In this document: in pieces, positions 14,291 to 26,604 of the stretch
Numbering within the stretch: the first letter of the stretch is position 1
How the letters are laid out: the number at the start of each line of letters is the position of its first letter
Assembly: GCA_973895155.1 (NCBI GenBank)
Contig: OZ316897.1
Span: forward strand, 4,124,211 to 4,188,210
Length of the DNA stretch: 64,000 nucleotides
DNA from: Marsupella aquatica
Taxonomy: Eukaryota > Plantae > Marchantiophyta
Direction of reading: 5' to 3'
Notes under the pieces: model-generated
Databases searched by the model: none
What the model was told of the DNA's origin: nothing
The model's input: the letters and a program-made list of their open reading frames with translations, nothing else
Made by a program: the position numbers and the translations under genes

Positions 14291-16070
14291 AATGTACTAT
14301 AGAGCTAATATACATATATAAACAAAAGTGTTTCGATCCATGCATACATATTTATTTCATGAATTATCACCAAAGGTACATTTCATAGTCATTGTCGAGA
14401 ATGATGTAGTGCTTCTGCATTTTGGCTTATTGAGAGGAGCCACAAGAATGTTGTTGTTGTTGTTGTTGTTCTTGGATCTAAATGAATCGAGCTTTTGGAC
14501 CTGCCAACTCCAAGAGAAATTAGTGATTTTTAACAAACAACAATGAAAGTAGGATATCCCGTAGGATATAAGAATATAATTATGCAACAAAACAAGCAAA
14601 TTGCATAAGAGCATTCCTCTTACCTTCTTAGTTACTTACTCTTGGTCAAAAGTTCTGGCTGAAGTAAAGCAATGTTCTTGGACATTTTTGATCTTGTTTC
14701 TACAGGGCCATTGGAAGTTTATACTTAAGACATCATAAAAGTTTTCAATAGGTTTCTTTGGATGCTTTGGTTTGATAGAGTCATCCAACTTCTTGTTGGT
14801 CATATACGGAGTGATTGGGCGAGTGTGCATTTGTGCTAGTATTGGAAAGCACAGGTTGGGGTGTGCAACAGGTGAACCCATGCAGGCATGACACGTAGAT
14901 CATGTATAACCTGTTAACAAAATATTGAATTAAAAAGAGTCACAAACATTGGAATTGATAGACAACAGATCCATTGTAGATGAACTAAGGAAAAAGGAAA
15001 TAAGACAGTGATCAACTTAAGTCCCCTGACTATATTGTGTGATTTTTTAGTTGCTAAGCCCACAATCAATTATGGGGTTTTCTTGTAGCGTTTAATATCA
15101 GGTGATGCTCTAGTAATTAAAGGATGCTCCAAAACACCTTGAATCCCTTCCCAGAATGCGTCAGAATCATTGTAGACTCTCGTGTAGACTTCCAAGATCT
15201 CTCCTCCAAGAATAACTATATTCTTGGATGTTTGTAACCCATCCAAGCTTGAGCTATCACTTCCAATGAGTTCTATCTTCAGTTGGATATTTTTGGAGAA
15301 TCTATCTTGATTTCAGATTGCTTGATCTGAGCCAATTGGGATCTTCAATTGCTCAAAACAATCTGGATCTTCTAACTGCTACCCTGATTGCTAAGGCCAA
15401 CTGCTGGTTGTTGCATTGCTCAAACAACAACGGGTCTGCATGATGTGGGCAAAACTTTCCTCCAGGTTGAAGTTTTCCCTAGTGAAATTTGTGCAGCTGT
15501 TTGTGGAAGCGACCCAAGAAGTTTGAGCTTCTCAAGTTCAAGGTTAGCAATCTGTTAAAGCCGTTTGCTTGAATGATGCTTCTTATAATCTAAGAACCAC
15601 CCTCTCATTATATCCTCTGCAGCCCAGCTAGGTTAGATGTACACTTACTCCCTCAACAATCAAACTAACGTACTCTTCCAGTTGAGGTACATGTCCTCGT
15701 ATAAAGTCCAATTGAAAGTATCCTTTTATGATTGCTTATCCATCTTGAATTTGGATGTCTAATATGCCTTAACCACAATTATAGGATTATAAAGATGTAA
15801 AAAGACCCCTCTCATCCTCTCTATAGTCCTAATGTGTGTAGGATGTGCTCTATTATGATAATTCTCAAGGTAGCCTTTGCCCCACATGTTTGAGTATATA
15901 TAATTATATATTCAAGGGCTGGTTTTCTGGCAAATATTCTAAGCATAAAGGTCACTCACATCGGTCACCGGATCAGGTGGCATCTTGAATAAATATTTAC
16001 CCTTGTGCACTTTTTGACTCACGTTACTCAAACATGGATTTTGCATAGAGGAATTTTGCATAGCACTTAA

Positions 16071-16140
16071 AACCCCAATTTAAGGAATACTGAAGTATTA
16101 GATTAATTCCAATTTTATCTAAATATTATTAGTTAATGAA
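16071..16140 (+). repeat. Left terminal inverted repeat (17 bp perfect, imperfect to ~70 bp); TSD TTAA at 16067-16070
   Basis: aaccccaatttaaggaa is the reverse complement of 35977-35993. Confidence 0.9.
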
Positions 16141-16287
16141 TGATCAACCTCTTTAACATTTGGTGGGATAGTCAAAAACTTCAAATGTTTTGTTGCAAGA
16201 TCTTTATAACAATGCATCACTAAATGACATCAAGTACCTCTTGGTCCATGCACAAATCCTTAATTAAACTATCATTCATTGTTTCAA

Positions 16288-16635
16288 TTGTCTATTTAAT
16301 TATTATAGGGTTGAATACAAAAAAGATTGACACGCACCAGGGTGCGTGACCTACAATCATAGTAAGTACCACCCTTTAATTAATTAGTTTCTTTACAACA
16401 ATTAATAGGATTGTTGTATATTACAATGTCTACTGGACATTCATTTGAATGTCAATAATATCATGCCTTAATATCACCAAACTAAGGGCCCACTAACTAA
16501 TATTATATCTTAAATAAACTAACCAACTAACTAAATTGTCTATTTAATTACTATAGGGTTGAATACAAAAAAGATTGACACGCACCAGGGTGCGTGACCT
16601 ACAATTATAGTATCACCCTTTAATTAGTTAGTTTC
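16288..16635. repeat. ~100-bp direct duplication (16288-16392 and 16536-16635), each with the palindrome cacgcacc-ag-ggtgcgtg
   Basis: ttgtctatttaattaYtatagggttgaatacaaaaaagattgacacgcaccagggtgcgtgacctacaat occurs twice. Confidence 0.9.
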
Positions 16636-16646
16636 TATTGCTTTGA

Positions 16647-16742
16647 TGGTCATTGTTGACGGCAAGGGAGGTGTTTGAAGAGGTTCATCTTGGTTTTATG
16701 GTGGTTGGGCATACTCATGAGGACGTTGACGGTATGTTCGGA
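16647..16742 (+). pseudogene. Inverted fragment of the transposase catalytic core
   Basis: Translates WSLLTAREVFEEVHLGFMVVGHTHEDVDGMFG. This is the GH-x4-D third-acidic-residue motif of Sola-like/DUF7869 transposases. Not in the ORF track. Confidence 0.8.
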
Positions 16743-17945
16743 CCATCCTTGTATTATCTGCCATGGTTCTCAACTTGGTTGGATGATGATCAGCTGCCTC
16801 CTCAATAATCTCTTTCATTGACATGAACGCTTGAGATACTTTCTCGGACATACGCCTTTTTCCGGCATTACCATGGGTATCTATGTTCATTCCAACCATC
16901 ACAGTCTTCTTCAAGGCATAAAATTGAGTCTTTCCTCTTGAATGAATGATTCTCCATGCCTCCAAGCACAATACTTTGCCCTCCACTGCTAGAATCCTTT
17001 CTCCAGTACCCAAGTGTATTGTATTTTTAATAGCCTTGATTTCCTCCTCCTTGCGCTCCGCAAAAGATTTTGACCACCATTTTTGCCTAATTGCCATAGC
17101 CAAGTTGCGGTCCAAATATTGGCAACAATGTTCACTACAACAGTCCTTAGTGTTTATCAACAACACATCTTGACGTGCCAAAGATGTGTCTCTTCTAGAT
17201 GTCTGGGAAGATGGACTCTTTCTTTTCCTACTTTTATGGATGTAGGACCGCTTGCCACTTGTTGGAGATGTGTTCCCTCCCACAGCTTGCCTGATGTTGT
17301 GGAAAGACAACAAGTTGCCATCCTTGGCAATGAGTTGGTCCATCGACCAAGCTTTTAAGCAATCTCTATGCTTCAGATGATCTATGGTAGCTCCCTCGAC
17401 AAAATTGTTGATCAGAATTCCCACATGTGTATTCCCAAGGGTGACATCCCCAAGCTTGACTATAGGATCTAGAACATGTATAGTTGCCACTGCAAATATC
17501 AACTTGTTCTCATCCACCACCTTTACAGGCATGCCCATCCACAAGGCCTTTGGTAAAACTACTTCCACACCAGACCGACTAGATCATTATGGTTGTTCCC
17601 ATCAGAATTTTGATTGACTGGATCTTGATCATCACCAACAGTGCCAAACACATCCTCCGATTCCATGGGAGCTCGAAAAAGCTGATTCCTTTCCCATACA
17701 AGGTAACCCCCAATCATGTCCTTCAAAAGTTTGCCATCTTCGCATAGAATGGTCTCGTCAAAAACTTCCTCCAATAGAAGAAGAACTCTGTCCGCCCCAA
17801 GAGGAACATTCTGACAAACCCTGGAAGGATCAAGACTTATCACGCGACCTTTTCCAACCTGTTTCTCACGTATGCCTATAATTACTTGTACGCCTTCCCT
17901 GATCCAGACTGTCGATGTCACCATAATAATTATGATCCTGCACAT
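16743..17945 (-). pseudogene. N-terminal half of the Sola-like transposase gene: two Tnp1/En-Spm-like beta domains, then the Cys-rich/HGN region; one frameshift near 17565
   Basis: ORFs 17559..17945 and 16696..17568. GKGRVISLDP..NVPLGAD...GYLVW and AVATIHVLDP..DVTLGNTH are related units. KDCCSEHCCQ...VLCLEAWRIIH...HGNAG...ADHHP is typical of the region upstream of DUF7869 cores. Confidence 0.7.
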
Positions 17946-18320
17946 CAGAGAATATCACTGTAAGCGTACAGTCCTGTCACGTCCGTCAATTTCACTGCAC
18001 TGTCCTGTCACGTCGGTCAATAAGCAGAATGTAGTCAATGCACTGCGCTGCACGCGACTGGTCGCGTGACCCTAGAGGTACCACACATACCGGCAATAGA
18101 CTATGCATGGTCCGTCAGTCATGTCAAATGAATGAGAATGACCACAATCGATTACGATCAATCATTTCACATCCATCAGAACAAATGAGTGGACAGTCAG
18201 TAACTACTGAGGACAGTAGTGCTAATAAGCGCCAGTAAAACATCCGTGAACTGCATTGTCCTGTCACAACTGTCAATAAGTAGGCAGAATGTAGTCAATG
18301 CACTGCTCTGCACGCGACTA

Positions 18321-18764
18321 GTCGCGTGACCTTAGTCAGAGGGTGTAGGGATAACAGGGTCTACGACGTAGAAGCTAGAAGGCTAGGCCCAAACTCTAGC
18401 TCGTACTTGGTACTTCATAAGTAAGATACGATTGCATATGAGACAGGAAGATACAATTACGGATCTAAAGGCATGTCGCGTGACCTTAGTCAGAGGGTAC
18501 AGGGTCTACAACGTAGAAGCTAGAAGGCTAGGCCCAAACCCTAGCTCGTAATTGGTACTTCATAAGTAAGATACGATTGCGCGTGAGACAGGAAGATACA
18601 ATTACGGATCTAAAGGCATGTCGCATGACCTTAGTCAGAGGGTACAGGGTCTACGATGTAGAAGCTAGAAGGCTAGGCCCAAACTCTAGCTCGTAATTGG
18701 TACTTCATAAGTAAGATACGATTGCGCGCGAGATAGGAAGATACAATTATGGATCTAAAGGCAT
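18321..18764. repeat. 145-bp tandem repeat, 3 copies (starts 18321, 18475, 18620), within a larger duplication 17990-18930
   Basis: Unit gtcgcgtgaccttagtcagagggt...ggatctaaaggcat. Each unit starts with a half-site of the element palindrome. Confidence 0.92.
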
Positions 18765-19240
18765 CACACATACCGGTAAAGATAATGCATGGTCCGTCAG
18801 TCATTTCAAGTGAATGAGAACGACTACAATCGATTACGAATAATCATTTCAACTCCACTCAGGAAAAATGAGTGGACAGTACCAGTTTACCAATGAGTGG
18901 ACACCGGACAGTCAGTAACTACTGACCTTCATAAGAAATCTCAGTACTTCACTAGCAATCAGTATTCCTGGGGCGGTCGCCAAACGTGAAATTAAAGTCA
19001 TAATTAGAGGACAACTGAACTTCCCACCAATTCTAATACGCGCCAGTCAAACGCGCACCCTCTTCTAGAAACCACTATGTACAATGACTAGTGGAGACTA
19101 AACAGTATAAAGCATTGAGATGATCTCTATTGCTCATTCCCCCACGCATTCCACTTTCTGGCTACTGGATAATCTATTCGCACATCAGCTCTCTCATTTC
19201 CAATTCTTAGTCTCGGTCAGCATCTCTTGTTTGAAGGGCG

Positions 19241-19783
19241 ATGACTACTCCGCTGAGCTCGAAGAATGAGGATGTTTCGACGGACGATTCAGAAGGTTTG
19301 ACGTATCGAATTCGTGGTACTCCTTACAGAATGTGTCAGCGATGTAATATAATGTTTACGGTGACTAAATCGGGTCAAATGTTTTATGAGAGACGACATT
19401 GTTTGCCACATTTGTCGATGGAAGATCAGATGGAGACCAATCCGACAGAGATGACTACAAAGATGGCATCAGGGGAGAAGTTAAAAGGCAAAGCCCTTGT
19501 GGAATCCGTTTTGAGGGGGGAGAAGTTGAAGGCCAGAGCATGCATTGAATCCATTTCGGGGGAAGCAGCAGTAGACGCTAAGACAGTCAAGAAGGAGGCC
19601 AAGAAAGTGGATGCACCGAAGAAAAGGCAATTAGAGATGAACGAAGATTCTGATTTGTATTACAGAAAGAGCAAGCCGAGAAAATCTATGGACGTTAGGA
19701 CTTGGGCAAAGGAAGAATTCCTAGATTCAAGGGAATCCACATCAGACACCGATGAGTGGATGCCTTCATCTTGGAATGACTGA
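19241..19783 (+). CDS. Intact 180-aa hypothetical protein with CxxC...HC motif and a basic/acidic tail
   Basis: Uninterrupted ATG ORF; upstream TATAAA at ~19106; MCQRC...RRHC. Confidence 0.6.
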   Translation: MTTPLSSKNEDVSTDDSEGLTYRIRGTPYRMCQRCNIMFTVTKSGQMFYERRHCLPHLSMEDQMETNPTEMTTKMASGEKLKGKALVESVLRGEKLKARACIESISGEAAVDAKTVKKEAKKVDAPKKRQLEMNEDSDLYYRKSKPRKSMDVRTWAKEEFLDSRESTSDTDEWMPSSWND

Positions 19784-19985
19784 CTCGATCAAAGTCAACA
19801 ATATTTTGAGTAGTCGAAGATTAGAACTACAGATTCAAGAGTAGTTCAAGTTAGAACTTGTTATAGATACTGTGTAGCTTAAATTCCTGGATAGTGCTAG
19901 TGGATATGGATTCCACATCCGAAGTCCTTCGGGATCGATGTAACCATTTTTGCAATCAAGGAAAAATTGAGATTCCTCTGACTGA

Positions 19986-20935
19986 CAATTCGCTAGGCTG
20001 TCAACTACAATAAACAATATCAAAAAGACCTGAGATAAATTGGTTCACGCGACTGTGCGCGTGATGAACTACATGTGTAACCAAAAACAGGTCATCCTAC
20101 TAACAAGTTGAGATCAGGCAGATCTGAGAAATAAAGGGCGATTACGTCTAAGAGTGTAGAGCTTTCGCTGACCTCTAAAACATTAACGCGACCAGGCGCG
20201 TGATGAAACGAAGACCTCGGTTTTAAAATATATTTCTGGCCAATTTGCTGGGCAGTCGACTACAATAAACAATATCAAGATAAATTGGTTCACGTGACTG
20301 TGCGCGTGATGAACTACATGTGTAACCCAAAAAACAGGTCATCCTACTAACAAGTTGAGATCAGAAAAATCTGAGAAATAAAGGGCGACTACGTCTAAGA
20401 GTGCAAAGCTTTCGCTGACCTCTAAAACATTAACGCGACCGGTCGCGTGAATCAGAACTCGGTTTCAAAATAGATTTCTGGCCAATTCTCTAGGCTTTCG
20501 ACTACAATAAACATTATCAAAAGACACGAGATAAATTGGTTCACGCGACTGTGCGCGTGACGAACTACATGTGTAACCAAAAAACAGGTCATCCTACTAA
20601 CAAGTTGAGATCAGGAAGATCTCTGAAATAAAGGGCGATTACGTCTAAGAGTGCAGAACTTTCGCTGACCTCTAAAACATTAACGCGACCGTGCGCGTGA
20701 TGAAACGAAGACGTTGGTTTTAAAATAGATTGCTGGCCAATTCGCTAGGCTGTCGACTACAATAAACAATATCAAAAGACACGAGATAAATTGGTTCACG
20801 CGACTGTGCGCGTGATGAACTGCATGTGTAACCAAAAAACAGGTCATCCTACTAACAAGTTGAGATCAGGAAGATCTGAAAAATGGACCTCGATTACGTT
20901 TCGTTTTGCTAGGCCGTCGACTACAATAAATAATA
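19986..20935. repeat. ~250-bp tandem repeat, ~3.7 copies, two palindrome copies per unit
   Basis: Units start near 19986, 20240, 20481 and 20737. Each full unit has cacgcgactgtgcgcgtg and aacgcgaccNNNcgcgtg. Confidence 0.92.
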
Positions 20936-23475
20936 GCAAAACGTACAGACAACTATACGCATATGCCATACAATTTTAGACTAGAGAATTCATTCGGATC
21001 CTCTACTAGTACTTCTGATACATTGCTTCTGTATTGGACTTGAAACACGGATTGATCAAAATCGGTGTGAGAAATTGGACCATAACTTCATTGACTCAAT
21101 TCATGCATTGAATGCGTGATTTAAGGCAACTACTCTCCTCATTTATTGTGGAATTAATGCTGATTGATACTTACAAGTTATTCAGTTGCGTGTGGTCTCA
21201 GCAATGTTGGCGGCAACCCTCCGATGTTGGCGGAAACCCTCCTCCCAGCCAAGCCTCTTCCTTCCAGCGTAGCCTCCTCATCCTAGCCAACTAAGCCTCC
21301 TCCTTCAAACTCCAATTTCCTTGAGTATCGTGATCGAATCCCACCACCAGAGAATGACAACTTGTTGATCGTATCAAGATAAAAATCCTCGACCAGACTG
21401 TGATTTCAGAATAGCCGCTCTCTGTTGGTCCGCTAGAATGCTTTGATGAATGAGGCAGACTATGGAGGTTCTAAATGTTTTTCGTCTCGCTTCGTCGCAA
21501 CTCTCCCGCTTGATCGGATGTGCTCTCCCCAAGATTGAAGGTGATACAACAAGAACTGCGCCAGCGTTGCTTGAATGAGCTCCGCCTCCGACTGGAATAG
21601 TCGAATGATCCAATCTGCTCCACCTCAAATGTGCCTTGGATCAGCCTCCGCTGAGAGCCCAGCTAGTATCCTGGTCAGGAGAAACTGAAAATGAAGAATG
21701 ATCCGTGAGCAATGAGATCAGTCTATTGACTCCATGGAGGATGTGTTCATCTGGACTCGATTTTGATTTTGAAAATTGGTTGAGTCTCTAGTCGTGAGAA
21801 TCATTGTACAGGATTGATTTTGAATATCAGTTCTCCCCGACCGTGAGAATCGTTTTACGTTGTTTAGAGTAAGGGTTTGAATTGGCAAGATAGAGAGTGG
21901 AGTACGGATCCGGATCCGACGGTCTCCACTACCAAAATGGAATGATTTTGAAGTTCGCCTCCACTACGTGATGGAACGATCGTGAGAAAGTTGTCGTTCG
22001 TTCACATTTTGGATTTGAATTGGCAGATATAGTGAAGATACGGATCCGGATCCGGATCCGGGGGTCCCCACTAACAATCTTTCGCAGTTGCATAATTACC
22101 GATTTAAATTTCAAATTGGCCATCAAATAGAAATCTCCTTTAGTACGGCAAATCAAAAGGAATCCGGTAATCTTTTTTTCACGATTGCATAGTTTGTTCA
22201 GTCGATGGTGGAGTGTACGAAGATCATCTGGAACCTTCCTGTCGCTAGGCTGTTATTAGGGTTATGCTAAAACAATATCCTAATTAGTCCTTCCTTAGTG
22301 TCGGCGCCCACGGTCTCGAGTTCATTGTTCATTGTTGTTGTTTCTCGCTCCCTAGACTTTCGCGTGCCTGCTCTCGTCGCTCTCGCTCTCGCTCCTGCCC
22401 TGGATTTCATTTTTGTCGTTGCAGCTCGTTCGTTGTGGTCAGGTGCTTGTCAGCGCGTTGCAGCTCTTAGTAGTTGTCCATCGTTTTGACCAGGAGCTCG
22501 TTGGCGCATTGCAGCTCGCATTTACAGCTCGTATTCACTTCTAGTTTGCTAGTTCGTTGCAGCTAGCTTTTTGGGAGTGCTTGTATCAGCTCATGTCAGC
22601 CAATTTTAAGCTCATATCAGCTCGATCAACGTGTTTCAGCAGCTCGAACTACTTTTTGGCAGCCTGTTTTAGCTCCTTCCATTCAGCATTCAGGTTTGTT
22701 TCACCTCTTTGATTCTTCAGGTTTAGTGCGCTTTTATTCATGCTCAGTTTGCCTATCCACAGCTTTGATTGTACTTCTGAAAGAGTCTTTTTAACTCGAC
22801 ATAATGAGCTCCTTAGCATTAAGCACATGTTATTCAATTGGTGGCAGCGAAGCTCTATGTATAGAAGTATAGAAGCTGTGTTGTTGTTGCTTAGCATATT
22901 AATATCTTCAATCTTATATTTACTTTATGGAATGCCGCAGCAAGGTGTTCAAGTGCTTGGACGTCAATCTCTCAGACGATTACATCAATTTTCAGAATTC
23001 AGGTGTAATTTCTACATTTTCTGCTGGTGTTGATTGTGGTTTGCTAAAATTTCTCTTGATTGTTAAGCACAGTTTTCATAATGCGGTTTGTTTGTAAACT
23101 CAAATATGTGTGAATCATACAAACTCACTAATTAAAATACAACCTGAATCGTCTTAAGTAAGTCATTACAAACTTGCACGCTGTGAATTTAATCATATAA
23201 ACTCTCATGTTATGTGAATCTCATTACACTGAATCCTTTAATTGACGAATACAACCAGTAGACTGCTAAATTGAATCATCTTAGCTGGATCATTCTCTAA
23301 ACTTCTGATATATCATAGTTTCACAATGACAGAGCTCAAACATCTGAATTATTGTAAAGTTCATGAATGAATACAAATGAATGAAATCATGCTTACTCGG
23401 ATTTCCTTGTCCGTACGGGTCAGTAATCACAGTTGTATCACTGTATTATCCTATTATCCAAAAGCTGTTTGAGCT

Positions 23476-25247
23476 GTTGACGCGACCAATCGCGTGAAAA
23501 TACTATGAGGTTCCTTTTAGGACCAGTTGACGCGACCAGTCACGTGTGAGAAGGAAACTGGATAGATTTACTAAGCGCGTACCATATCCAAATCTCCATA
23601 GAAGGTTCAGTGGATATAGTTGTTTAGGTTCAGTTGACGCGACCAGTCGCGTTTGACGTAGATCTCTCATTGACTCGCTCTGTTAGAGGAGGTAAGGTTC
23701 CTTTTAGGACCAGTTGACGCGACCAGTCGCGTGTGAGAAGGAAACTGGATAGATTTACTGAGCGCGTACCATATCCAAATCTCCACAAGGAAGGTTCACT
23801 GGATATAGTTGTTTAGGTTCAGTTGACGCGACCAGTCGCGTCTGAGGTTGCTCTCTCATTGACTGGTTCTGTTAGAGGAGGTAAGGTTCCTTTTAGGACC
23901 AGTTGACGCGACCAGTCGCGTGTGAGAAGGAAACTGGATAGATTTACTGAGCGCGTACCATATCCAAATCTCCACAAGGAAGGTTCACTGGATATAGTTG
24001 TTTAGGTTCAGTTGACGCGACCAGTCGCGTCTGAGGTAGCTCTCTCATTAACTGGTTCTGTTAGAGGAGGTAGGGTTCCTTTTAGGACCAGTTGACGTGA
24101 CTAGTCGTGTCTGACGTAGATCTCTCATTGACTCGCTCTGTTAGAGGAGGTAAGGTTCCTTTTAGGACCAGTTGACGCGACCAATCGCGTGTGAGAAGGA
24201 AACTAGATAGATTTACTAAGCGCGTACCATATCCAAATCTCCACAGAAGGCTCAGTGGATATAGTTGTTTAGGTTCAGTTGACGCGACCAGTCGCGTCTG
24301 AGGTTGCTCTCTCATTGACTGGTTCTGTTAGAGGAGGTAAGGTTCCTTTTAGGACCAGTTGACGCGACCAGTCGCGTGTGAGAAGGAAACTGGATAGATT
24401 TACTGAGCGCGTACCATATCCAAATCTCCACAAGGAAGGTTCAGTGGATATAGTTGTTTAGGTTCAGTTGACGCGACCGGTCGCGTCTGAGGTAGCTCTC
24501 TCATTGACTGGTTCTGTTAGAGGAGGTAAGGTTCCTTTTAGGACCAGTTGACGTGACTAGTCGCGTCTGACGTAGATCTCTCATTGACTGGCTCTGTTAG
24601 AGGAGGTAAGGTTCCTTTTAGGACCAGTTGACGCGACCAGTTGCGTGTGAGAAGGAAACTGGATAGATTTACTAAGCGCGTACCATATCCAAATCTCCAC
24701 AGAAGGTTCAATGGATATAGTTGTTTAGGTTCAGTTGACGCGACCAGTCGCGTCTGAGGTTGCTCTCTCATTGACTGGTTCTGTTAGAGGAGGTAAGGTT
24801 CCTTTTAGGACCAGTTGACGCGACTAGTCGCGTGTGAGAAGGAAACTGGATAGATTTACTGAGCGCGTACCATATCCAAATCTCCACAAGGAAGGTTCAG
24901 TGGATATAGTTGTTTAGGTTCAGTTGACGCGACCAGTCGCGTCTGAGGTAGCTCTCTCATTGACTGGTTCTGTTAGAGGAGGTAAGGTTCCTTTTAGGAC
25001 CAGTTGACGTGACTAGTCGCGTCTGACGTAGATCTCTCATTGACTGGCTCTATTAGAGGAGGTAAGGTTCCTTTTAGGACCAGTTGACGCGACCAGTCGC
25101 ATGTGAGAAGGAAACTGGATAGATTTACTGAGAGCGTACCATATCCAAATCTCCACAGAAGGTTCATTGGATATAGTTGTTTAGGTTCAGTTGACGCGAC
25201 CAGTCGCATCTGAGGTTGCTCTCTCATTGACTGGTTCTGTTAGAGGA
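23476..25247. repeat. Higher-order tandem array: 20 copies of gttgacgcgaccagtcgcgt, mostly in 80-bp and 107/109-bp monomers, 456-bp superperiod
   Basis: Motif starts: 23476, 23526, 23633, 23713, 23822, 23902, 24011, 24091, 24171, 24278, 24358, 24467, 24547, 24627, 24734, 24814, 24923, 25003, 25083, 25190. 80+107+80+109+80=456. Confidence 0.95.
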
Positions 25248-25386
25248 CGAAGCAACATTTATGATTTGTCACGTTGTGACCCAAAAAAATCAGTCTCTCA
25301 AAGAATTATTTATGCATTCTGATTTGTAGATGCGACCAGTCGCGTGAAAATAATCTCTGGGATATATCATTTGGCTGAAAAGAGTC

Positions 25387-25938
25387 ATGGGCGAACCTGG
25401 TCTGGAGAGCTTCAGATATCTATGCCCAATATTTGATGTTTTGGACAGAAGCCAAGATGGTCTACTGGCGAGATATTCTGTATTTGTTGAAACACTACTA
25501 CCTGGACTTCCAGATTTCATTGTCGTGGAATTGATATGGCCTCGGATCAAGGAGACTTTTAATTCCTTGGCTAATGCAGGAAATTTCTCAATAAAGGAAT
25601 TGGATAAGTTTGTAGGACTATCTTCGGTGTGTCGCAGATGGCGCCACCTTGTTGGGAATACCTATCTTCTGGGTGTAATCAAGTTGAGTTTATTAGATTT
25701 GGCTTTCCCAGGAAATCCTACTAAACCGATCGGAAATGAGTCTCTCTCATCGACAATTCAAAGTTTCTTCCAGAAATACCCAAGAATTAAATTCATGGGG
25801 TCAATGTCCAGAGATCTTAGGGAACTCTTCGCGAAGACTTACGATGCTCTTCACCCTCTTGAAAAATGGAAATTTACAGTCAGATGCCACGAAGTTGGAT
25901 ACCTTGAGGGTGACATCTACGCTTTTAAGGAATTCTAG
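25387..25938 (+). CDS. F-box-like protein 1 (183 aa)
   Basis: LLPGLPDFIVVELIWPRI...LSSVCRRWRHLV is an F-box signature with an internal insertion. Intact and intronless. Confidence 0.7.
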   Translation: MGEPGLESFRYLCPIFDVLDRSQDGLLARYSVFVETLLPGLPDFIVVELIWPRIKETFNSLANAGNFSIKELDKFVGLSSVCRRWRHLVGNTYLLGVIKLSLLDLAFPGNPTKPIGNESLSSTIQSFFQKYPRIKFMGSMSRDLRELFAKTYDALHPLEKWKFTVRCHEVGYLEGDIYAFKEF

Positions 25939-26003
25939 TTAACTTACGTGACCAAGCGCGTCGTATGTCTTCTAACAATGTTTTGTGATATGATAAAAGT
26001 AGG

Positions 26004-26570
26004 ATGAGCCAACTTTTGAACGAGGCTCGAGATTTCCTTTCATCTCATGAAAAGAAACAGAAAACAATATGGGATACGCTGGATGAAACCTCCTCTAGTC
26101 TCATTGGAGGAATACCAGATGTTTTGGTCATTTCAAACATTTGGCCAATACTCTACGAACACTTTATTTCAATTGAAAGATTGCGTGGATATCGACACCT
26201 TGATAACGATTTGGTTATCGATAGGGTCCGAGACCTTATTCGGCTTGGAGCTTGTAGCAAGAAGTGGAACTTTTTAGTTACAAATACAAGGTTATGGGCT
26301 ATCCTCAAACAAGCAAACCGGATTGTCGATGTCGCAAATGATGCTCTTTACAACATACCCAAAACTGACGAGTTGGAGTTTGACTCAGTCTGTCGAGTTA
26401 TTCGACAGGATATTTCTATGCTTCCAAAAATATCTGTTCTTGGGAATACTACTTCTGACGAATTCGCATTGTTTATGAACAAATATAACAATTTAGATGA
26501 GGAAGAACAAGATGTCCTAATCGAAAGGTTTGGTAGATTTTCTCAGAATCTCGGTGGTCCCAGTTCTTAA
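26004..26570 (+). CDS. F-box-like protein 2 (188 aa)
   Basis: LIGGIPDVLVISNIWPIL...LGACSKKWNFLV; paralogue of its neighbours. Confidence 0.7.
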   Translation: MSQLLNEARDFLSSHEKKQKTIWDTLDETSSSLIGGIPDVLVISNIWPILYEHFISIERLRGYRHLDNDLVIDRVRDLIRLGACSKKWNFLVTNTRLWAILKQANRIVDVANDALYNIPKTDELEFDSVCRVIRQDISMLPKISVLGNTTSDEFALFMNKYNNLDEEEQDVLIERFGRFSQNLGGPSS

Positions 26571-26604
26571 TGGATAGGTTCTTGTTCTTAATCTTTTCCA
26601 TATT

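Noticed and set aside
24082-25227. Three near-identical 77-aa ORFs
   Set aside because: By-products of the 456-bp repeat unit.
23476-25247. CRISPR array (palindromic repeat at regular spacing)
   Set aside because: The intervening sequences are repeated rather than unique spacers, there are no cas genes, and the context is eukaryotic.
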